Shown here piece after piece: positions 22,509 to 30,084 of a stretch of 64,000 nt of DNA (positions are counted from its first letter, which is position 1; every line of letters begins with the position of its first letter). The stretch comes from an uncultured Kiloniellales bacterium (GTDB taxonomy: Bacteria; Actinomycetota; Acidimicrobiia; Spongiisociales; UBA5794): positions 9,860 through 73,859 of the forward strand of contig CAXMOP010000060.1 in NCBI GenBank assembly GCA_964195155.1, read 5' to 3'. A program made the position numbers and the translations under genes. The notes under the pieces are model-generated. The model was not told the origin of the DNA. It searched no databases and saw nothing but the letters and a program-made list of their open reading frames with translations.

Positions 22509-22566
22509 AAGCTGTTCCGCGGGCTGACAGCGTCATATAGCCGCTCTCGAACCCTGGGTTCGCGTC
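22504..22566. repeat. direct repeat, right flank of the arg module
   Basis: cgccgaagctgttccgcgggctgacagcgtcatatagccgctc..gaaccctgggttcgcgtc. Confidence 0.85.
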
Positions 22567-23903
22567 TAGGGGGACTCCGTTGCCTGGCCGAGGTCCTGCC
22601 ATGCGTTGGTCCCACCGGTGATGCTTCGGGCGTTCCCGTAGCCAAGGCTGTTCAAGAACAACACGCCGGGGAGCGAAATGTTGCCTCGCTGGCACACGGT
22701 GAGCACCGGGGTGCTCAGATCTTCGGGAAGCTCCGACGCACGATCGGGAAGCTCGGCAAGCGGGATGTTGACTGCATCCTGGATGTGCCCGGCGCGGTAC
22801 TCGTCGTGGCTTCGCACGTCGATCACGAGCGCGTCTTCGTTCTTCCACAGTTCGTGGGCGGCGGCAACGTCGATGGTCAAGTCCGGGTTGGCCCTGGCGT
22901 TCTCGATCATTCCCTCATACAGCGGATCGCGCCTCGTCCCGGAGGTCGATTGCTCTGCACTCAGTCCCGTCAGATGCTTGACCAGCGACGATGCGTATTT
23001 GAAGGCGCTGTCGGGGAACAGCACCACCACACGGTTGCCGGGCTCGTCGTCGACCAACTCGAGCGCCCCAGCCAGGGCCAATCCAGAGCTCGGCCCCGCG
23101 GTGACGCTGTCTTCCCGGTTCAGGCGCAGGCAGAGCTGGAAAGCCTCATCGTTGCCGATCTCCGCCAGCCCGTCGTACTCGTCGGGGTGGAAGAATTCGG
23201 TCTGCTCCAGCTGGCGGATGCTGCGGACGCCGGGGATGTCGTGCCCCTCGCTCGGGTGCACGCCGAGTATCTGCACACCGGGATCGTGCTCCTTGAGGAA
23301 TCGGCCCACGCCGCTGATGGTGCCGCAGGTGCCGAGGCCGGCGACAAAATGCGTGACGGTGCCTTCCGTCTGATGCCAGATCTCCGGTCCGGTGGTCCGG
23401 TAGTGGGCGTCGGGATTGGCCTGGTTGCTGTACTGGTCGAGCATGTGAAAGTCCTGCTGTTCGGCAATCTCCTTCGCTCTGGCGATGGCGCCCTCGGGCG
23501 CCCACGGCGCCGGGCACAGATCGTCGTCCAGCTCCACCACGCCCGCTCCGAAAAAGCGAAGCATGGTTCGCTTTTCGATCGGAATCTGGTTGGACATGGT
23601 TGTGGTGACGGAGTAGCCGTTGGCATTGGCCAACATCGCCAGACCGAGCCCGGTGTTGCCAGAAGTGGGCTCCACCAGGTCGAGGCCCGGGGCGATCACG
23701 CCGCGCTCCTCGGCGTCGCGCACCATGTTCATGGCAACGCGGTCCTTCACCGCCCCGAACGGGTTGTACCACTCCAGCTTGGCGTACACCTCGGTGTGCT
23801 CGAACGGGATGACCCGGTTGAGACGCACCAGCGGTGTGGGGTTGTCGACGCTCGGGAGCAGGTCCACGATCGAGTCGTAGACCCTCAGCGAGTCGTTGTT
23901 CAC
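22566..23903 (-). CDS. PLP-dependent cysteine synthase family protein fused to a C-terminal rhodanese
   Basis: KLEWYNPFGAVKDR (PLP Lys), EPTSGNTG, GLGTCGT; rhodanese IDVRS..GHIQDAVNIP..VCQRGNIS. Confidence 0.88.
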   Translation of the reverse strand: MNNDSLRVYDSIVDLLPSVDNPTPLVRLNRVIPFEHTEVYAKLEWYNPFGAVKDRVAMNMVRDAEERGVIAPGLDLVEPTSGNTGLGLAMLANANGYSVTTTMSNQIPIEKRTMLRFFGAGVVELDDDLCPAPWAPEGAIARAKEIAEQQDFHMLDQYSNQANPDAHYRTTGPEIWHQTEGTVTHFVAGLGTCGTISGVGRFLKEHDPGVQILGVHPSEGHDIPGVRSIRQLEQTEFFHPDEYDGLAEIGNDEAFQLCLRLNREDSVTAGPSSGLALAGALELVDDEPGNRVVVLFPDSAFKYASSLVKHLTGLSAEQSTSGTRRDPLYEGMIENARANPDLTIDVAAAHELWKNEDALVIDVRSHDEYRAGHIQDAVNIPLAELPDRASELPEDLSTPVLTVCQRGNISLPGVLFLNSLGYGNARSITGGTNAWQDLGQATESP

Positions 23904-23933
23904 GGGGAATCCTCCATTTCTGCGAGCGATCGG

Positions 23934-24629
23934 TCAGCCGGCGAGCCTGGCGGTCACCCCGCTTGCCCCTACCTCGACTGCCGTCGGAACCACCGCGATG
24001 CCGTACTTGCGGGCGAGATCGGGGCGCTCCTTGACGTCGACCATGGCCAAGCGTCGGCCTTCCGCAACCAGCCGACTTTCCAGGTCGTGACAGTCGGTGC
24101 ACAGCGGATGGGTGAACAGCACGACCACTTCACTGCCCTCCTCGACCCCCACATCCGAGAGGTCGACGTGATCGAGCCGGTGTCCGTAGATGCCCCGTAT
24201 CCGTGCACCGAGCCGATACAGCTCGCAACCGACGCAGAACCCGGTTGTTGCGGCCAGCAGCGCCAGCGCCGCGACAAGAAGCCCAAGAGCCCAGCCCAGG
24301 GCGTCGAGGCCGACGACGTGTGCCAGCGAGGCAGCGCCGAGAACGACCAGCCCGACCTGGTTGGCGAACTTGGGGGGTCGAGCATCCTCGATCGGCCCCT
24401 CCCCGAAGCGAGGCTGGATCAGCTCGAAGTAGACGAGGCAGGGAAGGCAATAGCGGCGGCCAAACCGCAAACCAACGAAGAGCTGGAGGGCAAGGATTGC
24501 CAACAGCGGCCACCAGTCGATGACGTAGGCGAGCAAGGCAAGCGAACCGATGGTCACCTGGTTGACCCGGGGTGCCCAGGCGTCGATGACCTTCAGGTCG
24601 CGGTAGGGATCCGCGGTTCGCTCGGTCAT
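23934..24629 (-). CDS. DUF4395 membrane protein fused to a thioredoxin-like domain
   Basis: IDAWAPRVNQ, EDARPPKFANQVG, AATTGFCVGCELY; C-terminal HPLCTDC, YGIAVVPT. Confidence 0.8.
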   Translation of the reverse strand: MTERTADPYRDLKVIDAWAPRVNQVTIGSLALLAYVIDWWPLLAILALQLFVGLRFGRRYCLPCLVYFELIQPRFGEGPIEDARPPKFANQVGLVVLGAASLAHVVGLDALGWALGLLVAALALLAATTGFCVGCELYRLGARIRGIYGHRLDHVDLSDVGVEEGSEVVVLFTHPLCTDCHDLESRLVAEGRRLAMVDVKERPDLARKYGIAVVPTAVEVGASGVTARLAG

Positions 24630-25480
24630 GACCCAGCCACCGAGCCACGCTCGACCGGCACGTCGACCAATGAGCCGTATTCGGTCCACGATCCGTCGTA
24701 GTTCTTGGCGTTCGAGTGGCCGAGCAGCTCATGCAGCACAAACCAGGTGTGCGAGGAGCGCTCTCCGATGCGGCAGTACGCGATCACCTCGTCTTCGAGG
24801 ACGCCCTCACCCTCATACAGAGCGCGTAGCTCCGCCTCGGACTTGAAGGTCCCGTCTTCGTTGGCTGCTCGGCTCCACGGGATGTTCTTGGCCCCCGGCA
24901 CGTGGCCTCCCACATATGGTTGCTCCTGGGGCAGATGGTCTGGTGCGAGCTTCTCGCCCGAGAATTCCTCTGGAGACCGAACGTCGACGAACGTGACGCC
25001 ATCTTTCTTGGCGAGCACCTCATCACGCAGAACCCGAAGCTCAGGTCGTAGGGCTCCGCTGATCTGGAAGTCGCTCTTCTCGATCGCCGGGACCGCATCG
25101 ACGACTTTTCTGTCCTCGAGCTCCCACTTTTGACGGCCACCATCGAGGAGCCTGACGTTGTCGAAGCCTCGGTACTTGAGCAGCCAGTAGGCGTAGGCAG
25201 CGAACCAGTTGTTGTTGGCGCCGTAGAGCACCACCGTGATGTCGTCATCTACTCCGGCCTCGGCAAGCAGTCGCGAAAAGCCGTCCTGGTCGATGTAGTC
25301 GCGCCGTATTGGATGGTGGAGGTCCGTCGCCCAGTTCCAGGCGTGGGCTCCGGGAATGTGATCTTTCTCGTAGGTAGTGGTGTTCTCGTCCACCTCGATG
25401 ATCCGCACCGCCGGATCATCCAGGTGCTCGACCAGCCAATCGGTAGAGACGAGGGCGTCGGGGTTTGCGTAATCGGACAT
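24626..25480 (-). CDS. thiosulfate sulfurtransferase (two-domain rhodanese, CysA/SseA type)
   Basis: LVSTDWL, HIPGA, NNWFAAYAYW, YCRIGERS, YDGSWTEYG. Confidence 0.93.
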   Translation of the reverse strand: MSDYANPDALVSTDWLVEHLDDPAVRIIEVDENTTTYEKDHIPGAHAWNWATDLHHPIRRDYIDQDGFSRLLAEAGVDDDITVVLYGANNNWFAAYAYWLLKYRGFDNVRLLDGGRQKWELEDRKVVDAVPAIEKSDFQISGALRPELRVLRDEVLAKKDGVTFVDVRSPEEFSGEKLAPDHLPQEQPYVGGHVPGAKNIPWSRAANEDGTFKSEAELRALYEGEGVLEDEVIAYCRIGERSSHTWFVLHELLGHSNAKNYDGSWTEYGSLVDVPVERGSVAGS

Positions 25481-25842
25481 GGTGAATAGCTCCTTTTCAG
25501 CCTGTGGAACGAAGGACGACGCCGAAAGAGGAAGAGACTCTCAGGTGGTGGCGTCTAGGAGCGCTCGGGGCGAGCGGCACTCGGGTCCACCCGAGAGCCG
25601 ATACAGATGCTCCACCCCGACATGCCGATTGCCTGCCTTCCGATTTCACCTATGCAGATAGTGTAAACCTACGCCTGCTGCTGGCTTCCGTCAAGAGGCA
25701 AAACCCGCCCGACCGGTCGCGGTTGCCCGGCCACTATGGCGGCATCGAGCCCGGTGCGAGGACGCCGAGCCTCGACCGGGAAGCACAATATTGGCCGTTG
25801 ACGTTTCCCCGGCTCGAAGGCATACTGCCCGAACACACACGC

Positions 25843-25928
25843 GCTCATCAAGAGCGGCTGAGGGACAGGCCCGATGAAGCCGCGGCAACCGGCGTGACCA
25901 GCACGGTGCCAATGCCTGAACGATGAGC
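25843..25928 (+). ncRNA. SAM-I (S-box) riboswitch aptamer with minimal P4
   Basis: CTCATCAAGAG..GAGGGACAGGCCCGATGAAGCC..GGCAACC..GGTGCCAA..GATGAG; promoter TTGACG(25798)-N17-CATACT(25821). Confidence 0.9.
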
Positions 25929-25991
25929 CGCCAACGGCGGACCTTCCGCCCGAGGCGCTCGAAGAGCGCGTCGGATCGAGGAGGACATGCC

Positions 25992-27218
25992 GTGGCATTT
26001 GTTGAATCGCTGATCTGCAGGGAGTGCTCGCGCACCTACGAAGTCGCCCCCAGCTACTTCTGTGAGTGGTGTTTTGGCCCGCTCGAGGTGCTCTATGACT
26101 ACGACGCGATCGCCGACACCATCTCAAGGGAGAAGATCGCCGAGGGCCCGCCAACACTATGGAGATACGCCGATCTCCTGCCGGTGGAGGCGTCGGCTGC
26201 GGCCGATCTCGGCGCCGGGTTCACTCCGCTGGTCAGGGCAGATCGTCTCGCCGAGGTGCTCGGGCTCGGCGAGCTGTGGGTGAAGAACGACACCCTCAAT
26301 CCAACGAACTCGTTCAAGGACCGGCCGGTCACCGTTGCGGTGACCAAGGCACTTGAGTTCGGGATCAAGACCGTGGCTTGCGCATCGACCGGCAATCTCG
26401 CCAACGCGGTTGCCGCCCACGCCGCCAGGGCCGGCCTCGACTCCTATGTGTTCGTTCCCCACGACATCGAGCGCTCAAAGATCGTGGCCACCGCTGCCCT
26501 CGGAACCGTCGTCGCCGTCCAAGGGAACTATGACGACGTCAACCGGCTGTGCGTCCAGCTCAACGAGGAATACCCCTGGGGCCTTGTCAACATCAATCTC
26601 CGTCCCTACTACGCCGAGGGGTCGAAGACCCTCGCGTTCGAAACCGCCGAACAGCTTGGCTGGCAGCTCCCCGATCACGTGGTGGTACCGGTCGCCAGCG
26701 GAGCGCTCCTGACCAAGATCGCCAGGGGTTTCGACGAGCTGGTTCGGGTCGGTCTCGTCGATGCCAACGAGGTGCGGATCTCGGGTGCACAGGCGGAGGG
26801 ATGCTCGCCGGTCGCCACCGCCTTCCTGGAGGGAAGCGACGACGTTCGGCCTCAGAAGCCGAACACGATCGCCAAATCGCTGGCGATCGGGGATCCGGCC
26901 GACGGGTACTACGCACTGCGCGAGGTGAGGCGCAGCGGCGGAGCTGTAGCTGCGGTCACCGACGATGAGATCGTCGAAGCCATTCACCTCCTCGCCCGAA
27001 CCGAGGGCATCCTCACCGAGCCTGCCGGAGGGGTAACGGTTGCCACGCTGGCCAAGTTGGCTCGCGAAGGGCAGGTGACCGAATCGGAGCGGGTAGTCAT
27101 CTACATCACCGGCCACGGGTTGAAGGCAACGGAAGTCATCGCCGCCGATGACCCGGTTGCCATCCCGGCCACGATCGACGGCTTTCGGTCCGAATTCGAG
27201 ATCAAGGAGTACGCATGA
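25992..27218 (+). CDS. threonine synthase-like PLP enzyme (probable MetM-type O-phosphohomoserine sulfhydrylase)
   Basis: N-terminal CxxC..CxxC, NPTNSFKDR, CASTGN, EGSKT; under a SAM riboswitch and coupled to a sulfur carrier gene. Confidence 0.8.
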   Translation: MAFVESLICRECSRTYEVAPSYFCEWCFGPLEVLYDYDAIADTISREKIAEGPPTLWRYADLLPVEASAAADLGAGFTPLVRADRLAEVLGLGELWVKNDTLNPTNSFKDRPVTVAVTKALEFGIKTVACASTGNLANAVAAHAARAGLDSYVFVPHDIERSKIVATAALGTVVAVQGNYDDVNRLCVQLNEEYPWGLVNINLRPYYAEGSKTLAFETAEQLGWQLPDHVVVPVASGALLTKIARGFDELVRVGLVDANEVRISGAQAEGCSPVATAFLEGSDDVRPQKPNTIAKSLAIGDPADGYYALREVRRSGGAVAAVTDDEIVEAIHLLARTEGILTEPAGGVTVATLAKLAREGQVTESERVVIYITGHGLKATEVIAADDPVAIPATIDGFRSEFEIKEYA

Positions 27219-27490
27219 CGGCGACCGTCCGAATCCCAACGTCCCTGAGAGGCCTGACCAAAGGATCATCCGAGGTGGAGGTTCCTCCTGGCCGGGTAGG
27301 AACGGCCCTCGATGACCTCATCACTAAATACCCTGATCTCAGGGAGCGGCTGATCGGTGAGGACGGAAAGCCGCGGCGCTTCGTCAACATCTTCGTGGCC
27401 GAAGACGACATCCGCTTCCTGGACGGGCTGGAAACCGCGGTGACCGATGGCCAGGTGGTCACCATCCTGCCTGCCGTGGCGGGTGGGTAA
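27215..27490 (+). CDS. MoaD/ThiS/CysO-family sulfur carrier protein
   Basis: VRIPTSLR, RRFVNIFV, C-terminal PAVAGG. Confidence 0.92.
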   Translation: MTATVRIPTSLRGLTKGSSEVEVPPGRVGTALDDLITKYPDLRERLIGEDGKPRRFVNIFVAEDDIRFLDGLETAVTDGQVVTILPAVAGG

Positions 27491-27493
27491 GCC

Positions 27494-28669
27494 ATGAGCG
27501 TGAGCTTTCAGGACCTGGTCAACCAGGCAAAGGAGCAGATCAGGGAGGTCGATCCGGTCGAGCTCGAGCGACGCCTCACCCGGGTCACCGTCCTCGACAT
27601 CAGAGAAGCCGGGGAATTCGACCAGGGCGCGATCGGTGGAGCGCACCTGGCTCCGCGGGGGATTCTCGAATCGGTGATCGGCGTCCTTGCCTCTGACTTC
27701 GACCAGGCGGTGGTGGTCTACTGCGCCGGCGGGGCACGCTCGGCGCTGGCCGCCCAGACCCTGCAGCAGATGGGCTACACCGATGTGTGGTCCCTGGCAG
27801 GCGGATTCGACCGCTGGAAGAACGAAGGCCTCCCCTGGGGTGCGCCGGAGAGTCTGACCGCCGATCAGCGCGTCCGATACAGCCGCCACATCCTCCTCCC
27901 CGAAGTCGGTGAGCAAGGCCAAATCAAGCTGCTCGAATCTCGGGTGCTCCTGGTCGGTGCCGGCGGACTCGGATCACCCGCCGCCCTGTACCTGGCTGCG
28001 GCCGGTGTGGGCACGATTGGAGTCGTTGACTTCGACGTCGTCGACGCGTCCAACCTGCAACGACAGGTCCTCCACAACGTCGATCGCATCGGGCAACCGA
28101 AGGTCGATTCGGCCAGGGAGACACTGACCGCACTCAACCCGGATGTGAAGGTGGTGACCTACAACGAGCGGCTCACCGCCGACAACGTGCTCGACATCTT
28201 TGTCGAGTACGACGTCATCGTCGACGGCGGCGACAACTTCCCAACGCGGTATCTGGTGAACGACGCAGCGTTGCACCTGCGAAAACCGGTGGTGCACGGA
28301 TCGGTCTTTCGATTCGAGGGCCAGGTGACCGTCTTCGATCCCTATGTCGGCCCGTGCTACCGATGCCAGTTCCCGGAGCCGCCCCCACCCGAGCTTGCCC
28401 CGTCGTGCGCAGAGGCGGGGGTGCTCGGAGTGCTCACCGGGATCATCGGCTCCATCCAGGCGATCGAGGCGGCCAAGATCCTGCTCGATATCGGGGAGGG
28501 TCTGACGGGACGGCTCCTCACCTACGACGGGCTCACCCAGGAGTTCCGCACGCTTCGAGTCCGGCGCGACCCGGGGTGCCCTGCCTGCGGCGACGAGAAC
28601 CAGCCGCCCCGGCTCGTCGAGTACGACATCGCCTGCGCTCACCCCGGGTCGGTGGCCAGGATCGCCTGA
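27494..28669 (+). CDS. moeB: MoeB/ThiF adenylyltransferase with N-terminal rhodanese
   Basis: YCAGGARS rhodanese loop; RYSRH, GAGGLGSP, SNLQRQ, CYRC..CPAC. Confidence 0.92.
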   Translation: MSVSFQDLVNQAKEQIREVDPVELERRLTRVTVLDIREAGEFDQGAIGGAHLAPRGILESVIGVLASDFDQAVVVYCAGGARSALAAQTLQQMGYTDVWSLAGGFDRWKNEGLPWGAPESLTADQRVRYSRHILLPEVGEQGQIKLLESRVLLVGAGGLGSPAALYLAAAGVGTIGVVDFDVVDASNLQRQVLHNVDRIGQPKVDSARETLTALNPDVKVVTYNERLTADNVLDIFVEYDVIVDGGDNFPTRYLVNDAALHLRKPVVHGSVFRFEGQVTVFDPYVGPCYRCQFPEPPPPELAPSCAEAGVLGVLTGIIGSIQAIEAAKILLDIGEGLTGRLLTYDGLTQEFRTLRVRRDPGCPACGDENQPPRLVEYDIACAHPGSVARIA

Positions 28670-28734
28670 CTCCCGGATTGCACCGACGTAGCCGGCGGTC
28701 GAGCTGCCGGTGATTCTGGCCGATGGGCGCGACC

Positions 28735-29961
28735 TCAGACCGGCGGTGTGCCCGGCACGTCGATCAGACGCTGCTGATCGAAGTCGGAGTCGGCGCCGTC
28801 GGCAGCGTCGACGTGGTCGCGCCGCACCCCCATGAGAAACAGGATGGCGTCGAGGTATGGGACGGTCAGCGCCGCATCTGCCGAGTCGCTGACCAGCGGC
28901 TTGGCATTGAAGGCAATGCCAAGCCCCGCGGCGGCCAGCATCTCGAGATCGTTGGCCCCGTCTCCCACCGCAACGACCTGACTGAGCGGCACTCCCTCGG
29001 CCTCGGCGACCGACCTCAGAAACCGCGCCTTTCCGGCTCCGTCGACGATCGCTTCGGTCAGGCGTCCGGTGAGACGCCCCTCCTCGACTGCAAGGGTGTT
29101 GGAAAGCGAGTACTGGATGCCGAGCTCCTTCACCACTGCATCGGTGACCCGCGAGAACCCGGATGAGACGATCGCGGTGACCAGGCCAAGACGTTTCACG
29201 GTGCGAATGAAGGTGCGGGCTCCCTTGGTGAGGCTGATCTTGTCCGCCACCCGAGCCATTGCCTCCTCCTCGAGCCCTGCGAGCAGTTCGACCCGTTTGC
29301 GTAGTGAGTGCTCGAAGTCGATCTCACCCGCCATGGCGGCTGTGGTGAGCGTCGCCACCTCATCTCCGACGCCTGCCTCCTCGGCGAGCAGGTCGATGAC
29401 CTCGTCTTCAATCAGCGTGGAATCGACGTCCATCACGATGATGCGCTTGGCCCGGCGGAGGAGGCCGTCTGGTTGGATGGCGATATCGATGGGCAGACGA
29501 GCGGCAGCCTCGACCAGGCCGGCACGCATCTGGTCGACGTCGCCCGACGATACAACGAGCTCGTAGCTGACCACCGGGTACCGGGAGAGGCGATAGATGC
29601 GCTCGATGTTGCCGCCGCCCGAAGCGATCGCCACCGCCACCGCGCCGAACTCGCCCGGTCCAACCGTCACTCCGATGATGGTCACAATGGCCATCGGTCG
29701 AGCCGGGGTCGGCGCCTCGTCCAGAACTTCGAATTCCAGGTGAAGGTCGTTGTCCCAACCAAAGAGCAGCAGGTCGCGGATCGTCGCCCGCTCTCCCGGC
29801 ACCCCGACGAGCACATTCAGGGTGAGCCGGCCGCGGACCACGATCTGTTCAACGTCGTGGATGTCGGCGCCGGTGGCGCTGAGCACCTCCATGAGCGATG
29901 CGGTGATGCCGGGCCGGTCGGCGCCGTGCACAGCCACGAGGACGGTAGATCGATCGGTCAT
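28735..29961 (-). CDS. serB: phosphoserine phosphatase (ACT-ACT-HAD)
   Basis: GADRPGIT ACT, MDVDSTLI, GDGANDL; TAGCAT -10 7 nt before the ATG (leaderless). Confidence 0.93.
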   Translation of the reverse strand: MTDRSTVLVAVHGADRPGITASLMEVLSATGADIHDVEQIVVRGRLTLNVLVGVPGERATIRDLLLFGWDNDLHLEFEVLDEAPTPARPMAIVTIIGVTVGPGEFGAVAVAIASGGGNIERIYRLSRYPVVSYELVVSSGDVDQMRAGLVEAAARLPIDIAIQPDGLLRRAKRIIVMDVDSTLIEDEVIDLLAEEAGVGDEVATLTTAAMAGEIDFEHSLRKRVELLAGLEEEAMARVADKISLTKGARTFIRTVKRLGLVTAIVSSGFSRVTDAVVKELGIQYSLSNTLAVEEGRLTGRLTEAIVDGAGKARFLRSVAEAEGVPLSQVVAVGDGANDLEMLAAAGLGIAFNAKPLVSDSADAALTVPYLDAILFLMGVRRDHVDAADGADSDFDQQRLIDVPGTPPV

Positions 29962-30084
29962 GGCGCCGCATGCTATCGCCCCGCCGGCGGGCACCGTATC
30001 CAGGCGCCTTGGCAGGGCAGCGGCCCAGCATGGGGAGTACGACGTCGCTGCGCTCACCCGGGTCGGCCGCCCGGATGGCCTATT

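Noticed and set aside
25923-25991. N-terminal extension of the thrC-like ORF from ATG 25923
   Set aside because: That ATG lies in the riboswitch P1 strand; the GTG at 25992 has a GAGGAGG SD.
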